Shown in pieces: positions 10,923 to 23,319 of a stretch of DNA of 64,000 nucleotides. The notes beneath the pieces are model-generated. The model ran no database searches. It was not told where the DNA came from and was given only the letters and a program-made list of their open reading frames with translations. A program made the position numbers and the translations under genes. The stretch spans positions 9,465,720 to 9,529,719 of the forward strand of contig MU058065.1 of the NCBI GenBank assembly GCA_013265495.1, written 5' to 3'. Position 1 is the stretch's first letter. The number at the start of each line of letters is the position of its first letter. The stretch comes from Vicugna vicugna. Lineage: Eukaryota.

Positions 10923-13900
10923 TAAAATTGTGGTTGAAGTAAGCCCTCATTGAGCAGACTGTATAAAACTGAAGCTGTGAAGACCAAAGACCAGAATTCT
11001 TGCCTTCCTACAGAGATCTCATTCAGGAAGAGGACTGTGATGTGAAGAGATAACAATTTATTTTTTACCGTCTGTGATGCCGGTTGTGCAGTTTTGAACT
11101 CCATTGTTGTGGGGAATGCCAGTGGTCCCTAATCGGTCCAGCCTAACTGGGAGGTGACGAGTTTCGGTTAGGGGCTGCAGTGCTGTTCACTGCAGCTGTT
11201 GAGAGGCAGTGTTTCCTGCAAGGCTGAGTTAATGGTGAAATGGCATGCCTTTTCCTTTTATATCCCTTTTTGTCTGATACAGTATTTTCAGTTGTTAACT
11301 CAGGGCTGAAATAGACCAAAACAAAAACCTGAAAATAAGAGCTTCCAGTAAAAACCTCTTTTTGGCCTATGCCAAGTAGAACTGAAACCCAGACTTCTGG
11401 CTTTTCAACGTCAATTAGAGCAAGTGCCATGTTTCTAATTAGGCCCTTCTGGAGAAATTCATGACATGTAACCAAGAAATAACCATACTCCTAGAAGCTG
11501 ACTTTTAAGGAGAGCTTCCTTGTTTTTGCTTTCTTCTTCCCTCCTGTTTTCGAGGATTCACTGTGAGTCTTCCTTCCAAAGTCATTCCACCACCTCTTCT
11601 CTTTAGCCGATCCTCTCATAATCCACTGACTGTCATCTCTGGCCTCTCTTTGTCCACCAGGGCGTTTCCCTTTGCCCCTAAACCACACCCTGGTCTACTT
11701 CATTCTTCAAAACCAGCCATCCACCCAACCCAGAAGTCCTGCCCTCAACCTCCAACGCTTTTATCCTCCTAAGCCTGAATTCACTAGAAGTGGCGCCTGA
11801 GTTTTCTGGTGTGGAAAGCCAGTCTGTGTTGGCGTGAGCATGAAAGCAGCATCTGGTCCCTGTCCCAGCAGATCTTAGAATTTTCCCCACTGCAACTAAT
11901 CCTGAACCCTGTGACCCATGGGGTGTGAGGAGCAAAACCACAAAGAGAACCATTTTGTCCACATGGGAGCAGCATGGTCACTTCTACAAGCTGCCCGAGG
12001 CACCAGGCCGAATCAGGTTTCTCACCCTGCAGGTCCATTTCTAGCCGGAACTGCAGACCCCACTTCTCCCTGAGTTGAGTTTCCGAAGATCACTCTAGAA
12101 GCTTGTCTCTTTCACCACCTTTTCCTGGGCTGCAGATCCCAGGCCAATAGTAGAGGGCCTTAATTTCAAGGTGATTTAAAAAAAAAAAAGTCACATGTAG
12201 GGGTTACTTGTAAATTGCTTGCTCCCAAGCACTGGAGTAAGTTTAAATCACTCACTGTGTTCCTAAATAATGAAGCAGTTTCCCCACAGACACAGCACCA
12301 TCATGCACTCAGATGGCAAATGCTTTTTTGTGGGTTTTCAGATTTATAAGATGAGCCCTAAGGAGAACCACATCAATGCTCCCTCGGGTTTTACGCTGAC
12401 ATAAATAATTTATATTATATTTATGTAATATATTTATATAAATAATTTACATACTATATTTAAATTATGGCCTAATTTATGCTGACATAAATTTAAAGAC
12501 AAGTGGGTGATTACTCACAGACCCACGCACTGCACCCTCATCTGTAACGTCAACAGTAATACTAACTTTCCACAAGAATTTTCTTTCTGCCACATTCCCA
12601 CTTTTCAGAGCAGGCAGCCACAGCTGTGACCAGTATGACATTCCCTTCCACTTGTTTTTAATACCGCCTCTTGAGTTAGTTTGCGAAAAGATTCTCAACT
12701 GCGATTTTTCTTTTTTTTCTATCTTCTAAAGTGTTTATTACTCGAAGATTCAACTTTCAGATTCTCTGCAGAAAATGCTTTCCTGGGAAAGGTAAGAGGT
12801 TAAAGAAGATGGAGCTAAAATTAGTTTCTTTTTTGGCTCTGCAAAAAAAGGATTGCAGCCATGGCAATCGTCAGAAGCAATAACTTAACAAATGGCTTCA
12901 GAAATGAGCTCTTCACTGTGATGTGAAAGAGCTCTTCATGAATCCTATTTTATAATTACTGCTTGATTCTTACGAAGCACTTTAAAGCTTGTGTGAGTGT
13001 CTACCAGTTTCATTCCTCGGGTGGGTGAACCCTTTGGTTAGCTGTGTCCAATTTAGTGCATACACTGAACTCTGAACTTATAGTTTGTTTGCTGATGACA
13101 ATTTAATTACACCTGCCAGCCTTCAGAAATCTCAGTGACTAACAAAGATAATATTTTGTTCTATTGATCTGCTGGGATTCCTTTTCATTGGAGGAAATTA
13201 AGGTGTTTCTTGTTAATAATTTTCAATGTAACTAGAGGAATTTGGTAGTGAGTGTTGGAAGAAAACAGAATGAACAGTGATGGGTAACTGACCTCCCCAA
13301 GGTCATTCTAAATCACCAAAATTGTGATAAGAATTTCGAGATTCAGGTGGCCTGGTTGCTTAGTTTTGACGAACTTCGACCACAACATGTAAATCCTATT
13401 GTCTGTTATCATATAGGCTTAACTGGTCCTTCCCTCTCCCAAGGGGAAATGCTATGTCTGTATATGCAACGTGTGTCTGTGTGTACACAGGAAATACTCC
13501 ACAGTGAGTGCTTCTCTCTAAAATGCAGAGAGGACAGTATAGCTGGGCCAGAGTTGGTCCACAAACTGCCAATTATTCTTTGAGATTCTCATGCTCCTTA
13601 CCAAACAGCAGGACCCACTAAGGTTTACAGAATAATCCGTGGCTAACATTTGGAATTTAGAGTGTTATCATCTCTACTTTTCCAGAGAAAGTCTTTGCTA
13701 TATGAGTCTGCTTGTTCTGTTGAAATGGAAAGAATGGGGAAGGAATGAGAGGGACAGAGCTGATCTAGAGTCTAATTTAATGTTGTCACTGATTTCTGTG
13801 TAAATAGCAGTGAATTTCTGTTCTTTAGTAAAGGTGCTAGGATTCCACCAAGTTGACTGTTTCTGGAGTCAGGTGATGGCATGCAGTGGTAATGTGTGGA

Positions 13901-15232
13901 GGGGGAGGAAGGGTAATTATGCAAATCCAGGCCTCCCCATAATGGGTGGGTCAAGTGCACCTGCTGCTTGAGATAAATATCAGGAGCTGAGGAAAGAGAA
14001 GTAAATGTCTTCTCTAAAATCAGAAAAATCAGACTAGAGGCCATGAGCAGAACTTGTTTCTAATATTTGCACTGTGATGGTCAAAGGTAGTTGGACTGAC
14101 ATCTAAAATGTGACACAAATCTGATCATCTAGGTAGTCTGAGGATAGTATGTATTTAGGGGAGACTTTGTTCCATTTTCAGTGCCCTGAAGGATCTCCAA
14201 AATTGTTCAGCTAAATTTAGGCTGTCCCTTTAATTATCTCTTTACCATCACTACCCCATTACTGCCTCTGAATGACGGCTTTGTGCATTTTTCACTTAAG
14301 GGTAATGAGCTGCTCTCTTAATCTCATCCCATCATTCAACTTTGTTCCAGGGAGGTTCTTTATAGACAATTTCCATTTTAATCAGAAGTGAATGCGACTA
14401 TTGCCTTTAAAGTGGACCATCTGTGGGTTTACCAGGAATTTTATCAACTTTGATCTTTATTCAATTTAACTTTCTGCCAGGGCTTCCAGTAAAGTTCTTT
14501 TAAGCCTGCAGAAAGCAGAGCTCAGAGCTTGGGTTGTAGGCAATTCCCTTGCACTCCCTGCACCAGTGCACACGCGCCACTCAAAATGAGGCCATTTGTT
14601 GTTTTGAATCCCCATGTTGGAGAGGTGGGGGAAGCCAGTTTGGAAGGTAAGGAAAGGGAATGTGTGAACACAGAGTACAATCCTGGTGTCAGTCCAGGCG
14701 AAAGTGGGAGCTGGGAGCCTTCCTCTGGAAGGTCCTGGGGCAAGTCCCCAACATGACTCCAGTTTAAGAGGCCTTTGTGTTAACGAGGTCAGTTTAATGG
14801 ATTCTGCTTTCCCCAGAGTCAGAGTCTCAAAAGCCCTGATGCCAGCCTGTGCTGAGTGTGACGGGCAGTGCAGTGATGTAACTGTGTGGACAGGTCCAGG
14901 TGCTACCCACTTTGCAGCAGGACCAAGAGATGCATTGAGAGTACCCACAGTGGCTTTGGCCACTGGGGTCAAAGGAGTAGGCAGCAGGCAGCAGGCAGAG
15001 TCTTCTGGCACCCTGCTTGTACAAGCTTTGCTTTCATAGTTTCCAGATGACCCCTCTGGCCTTTGAAGGGGAGCAGTTTTGGATGTCTGCAGATCCCTCT
15101 GTGTTTAATGAATGCCCCCTGCCCTCTGTCCAGGGCCGTTGCTCTTCCTCTCCTCTAACTCAGGCATCCTTGACACTTGGATAGGAAATCTCCTTGGATG
15201 TCCAAGCTCCTAGGCTCTATTTCTTTTACTCT

Positions 15233-15620
15233 TTTTAAAACAACTTTATTGAGGCAATTGACATACAATCAACTGCACAGACTTACAGTGTACGATTTCA
15301 CACATTTTGACTTACGTATTTACCTGGGAAACTCCGACTTCAATCAAGACAATACACATACCCTTCACTGTAAGGTTCCATAGTGCCTCTTGGCAATCCG
15401 TCCTTTTTGTCCTCATCCCTAGACAATCACCGTGACTACAGACTATTTTGCATTTCTAGGATTTCATGTAAGTAAACTCAACCTTTTTCTTTTGGTCTGG
15501 TTTCTTTCACAGTATAATTATTCTGAGAGTCATCTATGTTGTTGCATGTATCAATAATCCCTTTTTATTGCTGAGTAGTAATCCATTGTATAGACATGTC
15601 ACAATTTCTTAACTCATTGA
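15233..15620 (-). mobile_element. L1MB-type 3' end
   Basis: aacaactttattgaggcaattgacatacaat...tttattgctgagtagtaatccattgtat. Confidence 0.8.
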
Positions 15621-15649
15621 GCCATCATTTCGTTTTATAAAATCACAAA

Positions 15650-16160
15650 GCATAAGAACTGTAAGGGGCTTTACAGATCACTTAATCTAAGAAAATCATT
15701 GCACAGATTAGATAACTGAAGCCAGGATACTACTTCAGAATTTTCTTGGAGATTATTTAAAATTCAGACTCTTCCTGCCATTCTGTTTTTTAAAAAAATT
15801 ATTTATTATTGTATTATTTAATTATTTTTATTTTGGCAGGGCAGGGGCAGAGGTAATTAGGTTTATTTATTTTTAGAGGAGGTATTTGAACCCAGGACCT
15901 CCTGCTTGCTAAGCAGGTGCTCCACCACTTGAGCTGTACCCTCCCCTGTCATTCAATTCTATATGGTGGGGTGGGCCCAGGATTCTGCACCTTTAACAAT
16001 ATCCTCTGGTAATTCTAATCCAGATATGTGGTCCTCTATACTTAAGACACTGAACCAAATGATTTAAATAATTTGTTCTAGGTCATAGACGATTAGGAGC
16101 AAAGGCTGGATTTAAATCCAGTTTCTGATTTTAAGTTCAAGGCCCCTTCCACTGTATCAT
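15650..16160. mobile_element. Nested MIR > MER5 > camelid SINE
   Basis: MIR halves (about 15650-15725 and 16052-16160) flank MER5 halves, which flank a minus-strand vic-1 SINE (15784-15944) with TSD cctgccattc/cctgtcattc. Confidence 0.65.
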
Positions 16161-17429
16161 GCCAGCACCAAATCACAGCTGACACACGGAAGCCTGACAC
16201 TGTCTGCGGGCATGAATCACTAGCTTTCTGATGAAAGAGGAGGCCACAGCTTTGGGATTTTGAGCTGCTCTCATCTGTTTCCAGGAGAGGGCACTGATGA
16301 CAAATCCTTTATTTCATGTCTGTCTGCCTTCTTTTCTTTCTTTCCTTTCTCCCTTCCTTCCTTTCTTCTTTGCTTTTCTTTCTTTGTCATCAAATTTGAA
16401 ACGTGAAAAGCAATGACATGAGACAAGCACAGTATGGGGAACTATTTTGCACCAGTAAAAAGACAAGGCCCCTGGAGGCATTTCTTGACTTCACTGCATT
16501 TTATCACAACCTTGCCCGGAGATGTTTTCACTTGTTTGCTTCCTGTGTCTAAGTCTGTGACTCAGCACTCTCTCCTGGTGGCTGTCTCAAAACTGTACAG
16601 GTACACAGGGCTGAGTAGAACATCCAAAGTTAGGGATGCTGAAAATGTAACCAGAGCTGAGGAAACTTTGACTTTAGGAATAACAACAACAAAAACTGTC
16701 ATGTAAGCCATCTTATCCCCTAGATCTTTCTCTTGAGTTTGTTAGGGAAGAAGCCATAAGGCCTCACTTGGTACATTTTCCCCTTGGATTATTATAGTTT
16801 CAGTGACATTAGATCTTTCTCCGAATTCTGGAAATTTGAACTCAGATAGAAAGGCCTGAACCATGACTTGATATCTGGTAGCTGAGGATGTTGCTTCTAT
16901 AATACAGAGAGCTAGCTAAACATAGATACCAAAATAGTGAAATAATCAAGCAGTAACATATCAGTTGAAAGAAAAAAGGAGTGTGTCTCAGTTTTTCAGG
17001 AAATTTTAATTTATCTTTGAGAGTGTTGGCTTTTTCCTGAAAATACTGTTACGATGATTTGGGTAGTTCAAAAGTGCTTGCTAGTTTTGAAGGCCTAGAA
17101 TGAAAGTGGGCTTTTTTCCTCAATCAATGAGCTGAAGAAAAGAAGGGGCTTTGAAAACTCAAGAACTTCCTTGGGCAGAATTATGAGAAGACACACTGTG
17201 TTCCCAGGTCCCCCAGACTCCGTTCCTCCTTTTCCAGAACCTGTTCCTGCCCCATCTTGGCCAAGTAAGGACATTCCATTGTTTTCCTTACCAGATCCTT
17301 GGTGTGAGTTATACAGAGTCTTAAGTATCCTGTCCAAACTACAGTTACATTTTAGCATTAATTGTGGGCATGAAGGGCTTTGTCTTTGAGTCACAAGATT
17401 TGGGAATGAGACAGAAGATTGGTAATTAG

Positions 17430-17610
17430 GAGTTCTCATCTGTGTTCATCTATTTATCACTCGTAAGCCTGGAGGCAAGTCATTTAACCTTTATGAGTCT
17501 GTTTTCTCATCTGTAAAATGGTAATGATGATCATAACCTGCACATTTGCGAGTGGCTTTAGGGATTAGAGATAATATATATTGAGTGCCTGGCCCCTAAA
17601 TGGTAGTTAA
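17430..17610 (+). mobile_element. MIR SINE
   Basis: ggcaagtcatttaacctttatgagtctgttttctcatctgtaaaatgg. Confidence 0.85.
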
Positions 17611-17949
17611 AGGAATGTCAGACGGACAACTGTCAGGCATGCAGGGGAGGAAATCTTTTGGGCTTTCCTTTCCTTTTGACAAGAGGACTTTTCAAAAACA
17701 ATTGAAACTAGATCACCAGGAGGGAGAGTGATGGTCCGCTACTCAATGAAGGTGGCTTTATGTGTTGGGTCCTACTGCTTTATGTCTACCTAATTTGCCT
17801 AGGTGTTCATTGTAATCATGGAGCTTGAGTGAGAGTCAGAAAGCTAACTGGGTGAGTGCTGGACTAAGGATGGACTCCAACATACTTTTTGAATTTAGCT
17901 GTTTTAGTGTGGCTGCATTTGAAACACAGTTATTGAATACACACACATA

Positions 17950-18444
17950 TGGTTGGGCCGTCCAGGATGGCTGTTCTCCTGCTCTCTGTACAGCCCCTGC
18001 TCAACCAGTCCCTGCTTCACCTACACCTGATTCGCATGACTGACCTTCCCCCTAATCATAGAGCCTAATCTGTAAATGCCTACCCTCCAGCCTGTGATTG
18101 TTCTAATCTTTATATCAGAATATCTCCACTGAGATAGCTTATCAAAGGGGCGGTGAGGGACATGCCCCTCAGCTGGTTTCCCTGGTAATCAGTAAGCCAA
18201 ACTGACATCACCTCTCCCCTAACACTGGTAACCTCCCCCACCTACCCCGCCCCTGCCCACAGCAATCTGCCACACACGAGGTCCTGGAGTGGGGTGTCGC
18301 TCCAGGACCTTGCTTCAGACATGTAAGACCCCCACCCCCACCCCGTCCATTAAGCCATTGATGTCTGTCACTGACTCTGGGCTGTCTCTTCAGTTGAGAC
18401 TGGGCAAATACAGGGCTTGTGGGCCTGCAGGGTGCAGCCCAACA
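17950..18444 (+). mobile_element. Solo ERVL LTR (MER74/MER73-like)
   Basis: Inverted termini gttgggc...gcccaac(a), about 495 bp, ending gggtgcagcccaaca. Confidence 0.6.
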
Positions 18445-19926
18445 ACACATACACAGAATGACAAATGCACTATTCCATGAGTCTGACAAGGAAATGAATC
18501 TTGTTACTTTATGGTCACACTTCTATGCCAGTACAGTTCTATTTTGTCAAGAAGCATAGCTGTGTTTATGCATATATACATGCTCCTCGATGGCTGATTT
18601 CTATACCCAACCCAAAATAAATACAATAAAAACTGTCTCCTCACAATCCAGTTAGTTATTTCTTCCATGTGTTATGACAAGAGGCATTTTCACTGTGATT
18701 TCTCTTCTTGGGTAATGAGAAGCTGTGATAGACATTAACAGAAGAGGCTTCAAGTGGAAAGTTCCCCCAGATTTTCTCACCGCCTCCCTCCAAATTTGAT
18801 ATGCTGTGATGTTTTTAGTCTTATTATTACAGTGTCTGGGTGGAGATGTCGAGAAAGAAAAGATGAAGTGCTGGAATCTAAAAATGAGTAAACAGCTGTC
18901 AAGAGAAATTCTCAAGAAGTGTCCTAAAGCTTGGAGAAGGTTTAAAGAATTTATTCTTGGCATCATTGCCTATAATCAGTAATTAGTAACCCACTGAAAT
19001 GATGTTTGTCAAATACCTACATTTTAGATAAAGACTATTGAAATTACATTAAGCCAGTGGGACAACATACTGCAATATTCACTCTGGAATAGATTTTGGT
19101 CTCTGGGAGTAGGTAGCTTCCTGAAGCCAAGTAGTTCTTTGGAGTCAATGACTAATTAGCCCCAGGAGACTGGGATTTCTAGATTAGCAGAGTGGTACCA
19201 TAGCTGGAACATCTGCCAACGGGCATCCACCTTAGTGAGGAGATTTTGTTGTTGTTGTTGCAGGCTTTAAAGCTCAGAAAAATTCAGAAAACAGCTCTCC
19301 AGGTGCTGACAACTATTTATCAATATTACAGTTGGACTCATTGCTGTCCTTGCCCTGAAGCTTTTGTTGAAGTCTCCTTCCAATCAGTCAGCTCAGGGTT
19401 TAATCTGGTTAATCCCACTGAGCACTGGAGTCCTTTTTCTGCTGTAGCTTTTCCAGTCCAAGGAGAAGGGAGACATGTTCAGATTCACAAGAGGTCTGTG
19501 TTTTCCAGCACACTGCAGCAGTGTCAGACATATGTGGCAAAAAAGCAGCAAATTGTTTTCCTTCTCCCATGGTTGGATGAGAAATATTTGTAGTTTCTGG
19601 AACTCAGGTAAAGGTAAAGCTATGCATGTTTCAGCTGCATGGCTTAGCTGATGGCCAGGCATGTTGAGCAAGTTCACCAATGATGATGATCAGATATGTC
19701 GGCATTTTCCCGTCTCTGGAAGTGCTCAGTTTGGGCAAGAGAGTGGGTACAAAGCACTGGGTGTATGAGCCCAGTCTCCAACATAACTAAGATCAGAAGG
19801 TTGACTTTGCCACTACCTGGTCACCTCTCTTCCTATCAATCAAAATATTTGTGGAAATTAATGGTAATCTGAATTACATCAGTGACACAAGACAGAGGTA
19901 AAGACCATCTCCAGAGGACCGGTGAC

Positions 19927-20417
19927 TGTATTAGTTTCCTGGGACTGCTGCCACAAACTTGGTGACTTAAAACAACAGAAATTCACCCTCTCACAGTTCT
20001 GAAGGCCAAAAGTCTGGAATCAAGGTGTTGGCAAGACTGGAGTTATTCGGCCACAAGCCGAGGAATGCCTAGAGTCAACAGAAGCTGAGAGGCAAGGAAG
20101 AATTCTTGCCTACAGCCTTTGGAGGGAAGGCAGTCTTGCCAACACCTTTTCTCTGTCCCGTCCCTGTCCCATCTTCCCATGACCTTCTTCTCCTTCTCCA
20201 TCTTCTGTCTATGACAAATTTCCTTCTGCCCTGCTCTTAGAAGGACACTTGTCATTGGATTTAGGGACCACTGAGATAATCCAGGATTATCTTATCTCAA
20301 AATCCTTAACTTAATTATTATCTATAAAGCCCCCCTTTCCAAGTAAGGTCACACTCATATGTCTGGGGGTTAGGACATGGACATGTCTTTTTGGAGGTCA
20401 CCATTCAACTCACCACG
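19927..20417 (-). mobile_element. MaLR solo LTR (MLT1C-like) with an internal inversion
   Basis: tgtattagtttcc...aaacaacagaaatt...aaggacacttgtcattggatttaggg; near-TSD gtgac/gtaac. Confidence 0.85.
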
Positions 20418-21499
20418 GTAACCACCTGAATATGTTAGTTTGAGAAGGTTCCAGTGAAGATGAATTCCAAGTCCCTGGTCTGGATAGACGGGAAGATTGT
20501 GGTGGCAAATACCCAGAGAGGGGAGATTAGAAGAGATGCTGTTTTTGTCATTTAGTTTTAGACGCCAACTTTAAGGTGAGGGATAGAGAAAGTAGAAACT
20601 TGACTTCACCATTTTGCCTCATATTAACACAGTCTTGAGATTTCAATAATGCTGTCAGTGTTACTCAATTAGGAGTCAAGAAAATAGATAAAAGGCTACA
20701 GTGTTCCTGATTATATTCGACTATTACATCATCTTTGTAAAACTTTAAAAATACTTCAGGATAAACAGGATGATGTAGGAATGAAATTAAGTTTTCATTT
20801 ATATCCTAGGAGCAGTTAGTTAGCATTTGAAGGATCCTGACCAGGAATCCACAATCCAGGCATGATTACCAGGCACTTCAAATATTGCTATGGAAATCTG
20901 CAGAGGAGTTTGCTAATTAGCATAAGAAATGTAAGAAATCATTTTTCATTGCTCAAATGGGTGATGTTCAACATATAAGCTGACTTTCAATTCCAACCAC
21001 GCACGCATGAAAATTTACAGGAGTCTGGCAAGCCCAGCCCCCCGGTTCCTTTGGAGAAGCCCTCAAGGGGAGAGCTCATTTAGTCCCGGGTCCCACACTT
21101 CACAGAGCACTGGCACATGATCAGGATGCTGCCATTCTCACCACCAGAACATCATCATGGCATCCACCTTGGAGTGAACTTTTCATGCAAAGTGCCTATT
21201 GTTGAGTCTGAGGGCAGAGAGTGGAACGTCTCCAAACTTACCAGTTCAGGTTGACTGCTTTTGCACCTGCTTGCTAATAAATGTTTGAGTATTTGGCAGA
21301 ATTTAGCTAGAGACTGACTTTCATCTTAGCCTGCTGCTTGTCGAGGAGGAGGCTATGGGGAAGCTAAGGTGGACTCACCCACCTCTACTCCCCGGAGTCT
21401 ATCGACCAAACGGTCTAGTTACCAAAAGTCTCAGGCATTTGTTAAATGTACACGTTAGTTTGGGTAAATTTGCAACAGAATCCCTTGGCCCTTGAGCCC

Positions 21500-21625
21500 A
21501 AACTACCTCCCTTTAGATTTGTTGGGGCCTGGTTCTGTCCTCTGGAACACATGGGGTAACTCTTCTCCCTCTGTGGCCTGACAACTTTTCAAATATTCAA
21601 AGACAGCTGCCATGTCCCTCCTCTG
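21500..21625 (-). mobile_element. L3/CR1 LINE fragment
   Basis: ctggttctgtcctctggaacac...tgacaacttttcaaatattcaaagacagctgccatgtccc. Confidence 0.65.
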
Positions 21626-22889
21626 TCCGAAAATAAATGCATAATGAGGGACAGTTACACGTGCCTAAGGTTTTGCATGGCAGGGACATTCTAGGGAATG
21701 TCACACCTGCCCTATTCAGCCGATCTATAGGGAACAACCTGGCAACCTACAGATGAGTCCCTAAGATAGATTTATTCACCCTCATCTCAGCTGGCTTGTC
21801 AAAAGACTTAAGAAAAAAAATTATAATGCTATTTTGAATGCCTTATTCTTTAGTGAAAACTGCATAAAGTCACGAATTGTGATATTATCTTTAAATTACT
21901 AGTTTCATTCATTATTAGCTCAATTTTATGTCCTCGGTTTTATGATGCAAAAAGAAGGAATTCAGTGCAAATAAAAGATTATCATAATGTTTTGGTAATG
22001 CTTAGACCAAACAACAAAAGATATCTTATATTTAATTTTTTTTCTTTAAGAATGTCAGACACAGCCTAACAGGGACTTGCAATTTGAAGGTTGGCAGGTA
22101 TAGAAATCACCCAATCAACATTCTTTCAGACATTAACTAGTGTTGTGTTGCCCATAATTTACTTTAAAACACTTGAACAGAGTCAATGATTTAGTTTCAG
22201 TGTACAGTAGCAGTTTCAAATTACATCCAGGTGATGGTTAGTTACCATTTGAAGTACCCTGTTTACAAATACACTACAGGAACAGTTACCCAATATTGGA
22301 GAGACAGAAATCAGAGGTCCACACGCCTAGAGGAGCCACTCCAACACTTCAGCTAATTTTCTTCCTAGTTTTTGATGAATACCAGCAATTTTTAATAGTT
22401 ATGTTACTAGAAATATCTGGATGTTTATCAGAAATGATTTCTTTACTGATAAAATTAGTCAGGATAAAGAAATGTGGATTTGCTAAAATATCATACAGGT
22501 AGTCCTGCTCTTGCATGCACAGGGCATAACAATCTCACTGTCCCCACCACTGTAGCCTCAGAAAGGCATTCTTGGTTTCTGCCTCTGGACCAGTAGGTTC
22601 AGATTTGGAAGATTTTGGTTCTTTGACCTCTATTAAAAATTTAGATAAATTCTGCCACTATAATGAACCTTTCTTTTCACTGAAGAGCCATCTCAGCACC
22701 TAACAGGGTAGAGCTCCAGGCCTTTGTCAAGCTTACAGAACAGTTTCTATGACTGCTCCGTGCCGGCTTGCCTGTATGTCGGGCAGAACTCCATCTGAGA
22801 CTGACTTACACCGTGTCACTCCCCCTGGAAGCAAGGGTATAGGGGGAAAGACCTATGCCCTCATCCACTCTAGTTACTGAAGATGCATT

Positions 22890-23300
22890 AGATTGGATTA
22901 TTGTTCACAAACATTCACTCTGTCCCCATAACCTTCCCCACCCCCTGTAAGGAATACACTTTCCCATCTTTTGACACTGGAATGGCCACAGGACATGTTT
23001 TAGCCCATGTGATGTTAGTTTATGACACAAGCACAGGCTTGAAAGGTGCTTGTGCAGGAGGCTTGTCCGCTCACATTTCTGCCAAGACCGTGAGAGGAAC
23101 ATGCCCTAGGTGGCGCTCGGGGACAAGGAAGTGGAGAAACACAGGGAGCTGACCTGGTCTCAGCCGGCAGCACACAGATGCCCAGTCGTCAGCAGAGCTG
23201 TGGCTGCAGACCCACAGAGAAACTTGAGTGTTTATTGTTGGATGCCACTGAGATACTTTGTTATGTGTCAGTTGCTGATGGGCACATGAAGCTACCAACA
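22890..23300 (+). mobile_element. Old MaLR LTR (MLT1H/I/J-like)
   Basis: ggaatacactttcccatc...gagaggaacatgccc...tttattgttggatgccactgagat. Confidence 0.65.
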
Positions 23301-23319
23301 TCTACCCCCCACAAAACCT

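Noticed and set aside
12906..12934. Hairpin gagctcttcac / gtgaaagagctc as a miRNA or terminator
   Set aside because: An 11-bp stem with a bulge is too short for a pre-miRNA and is compatible with chance.
14466..15039. 181-aa minus-strand ORF and overlapping ORFs
   Set aside because: A locally GC-richer, stop-poor patch open on both strands; no recognisable homology or convincing splice boundaries.
17070..17085. miR-17/106-like aaaagtgctt
   Set aside because: The match stops after about 10 nt and there is no precursor hairpin.
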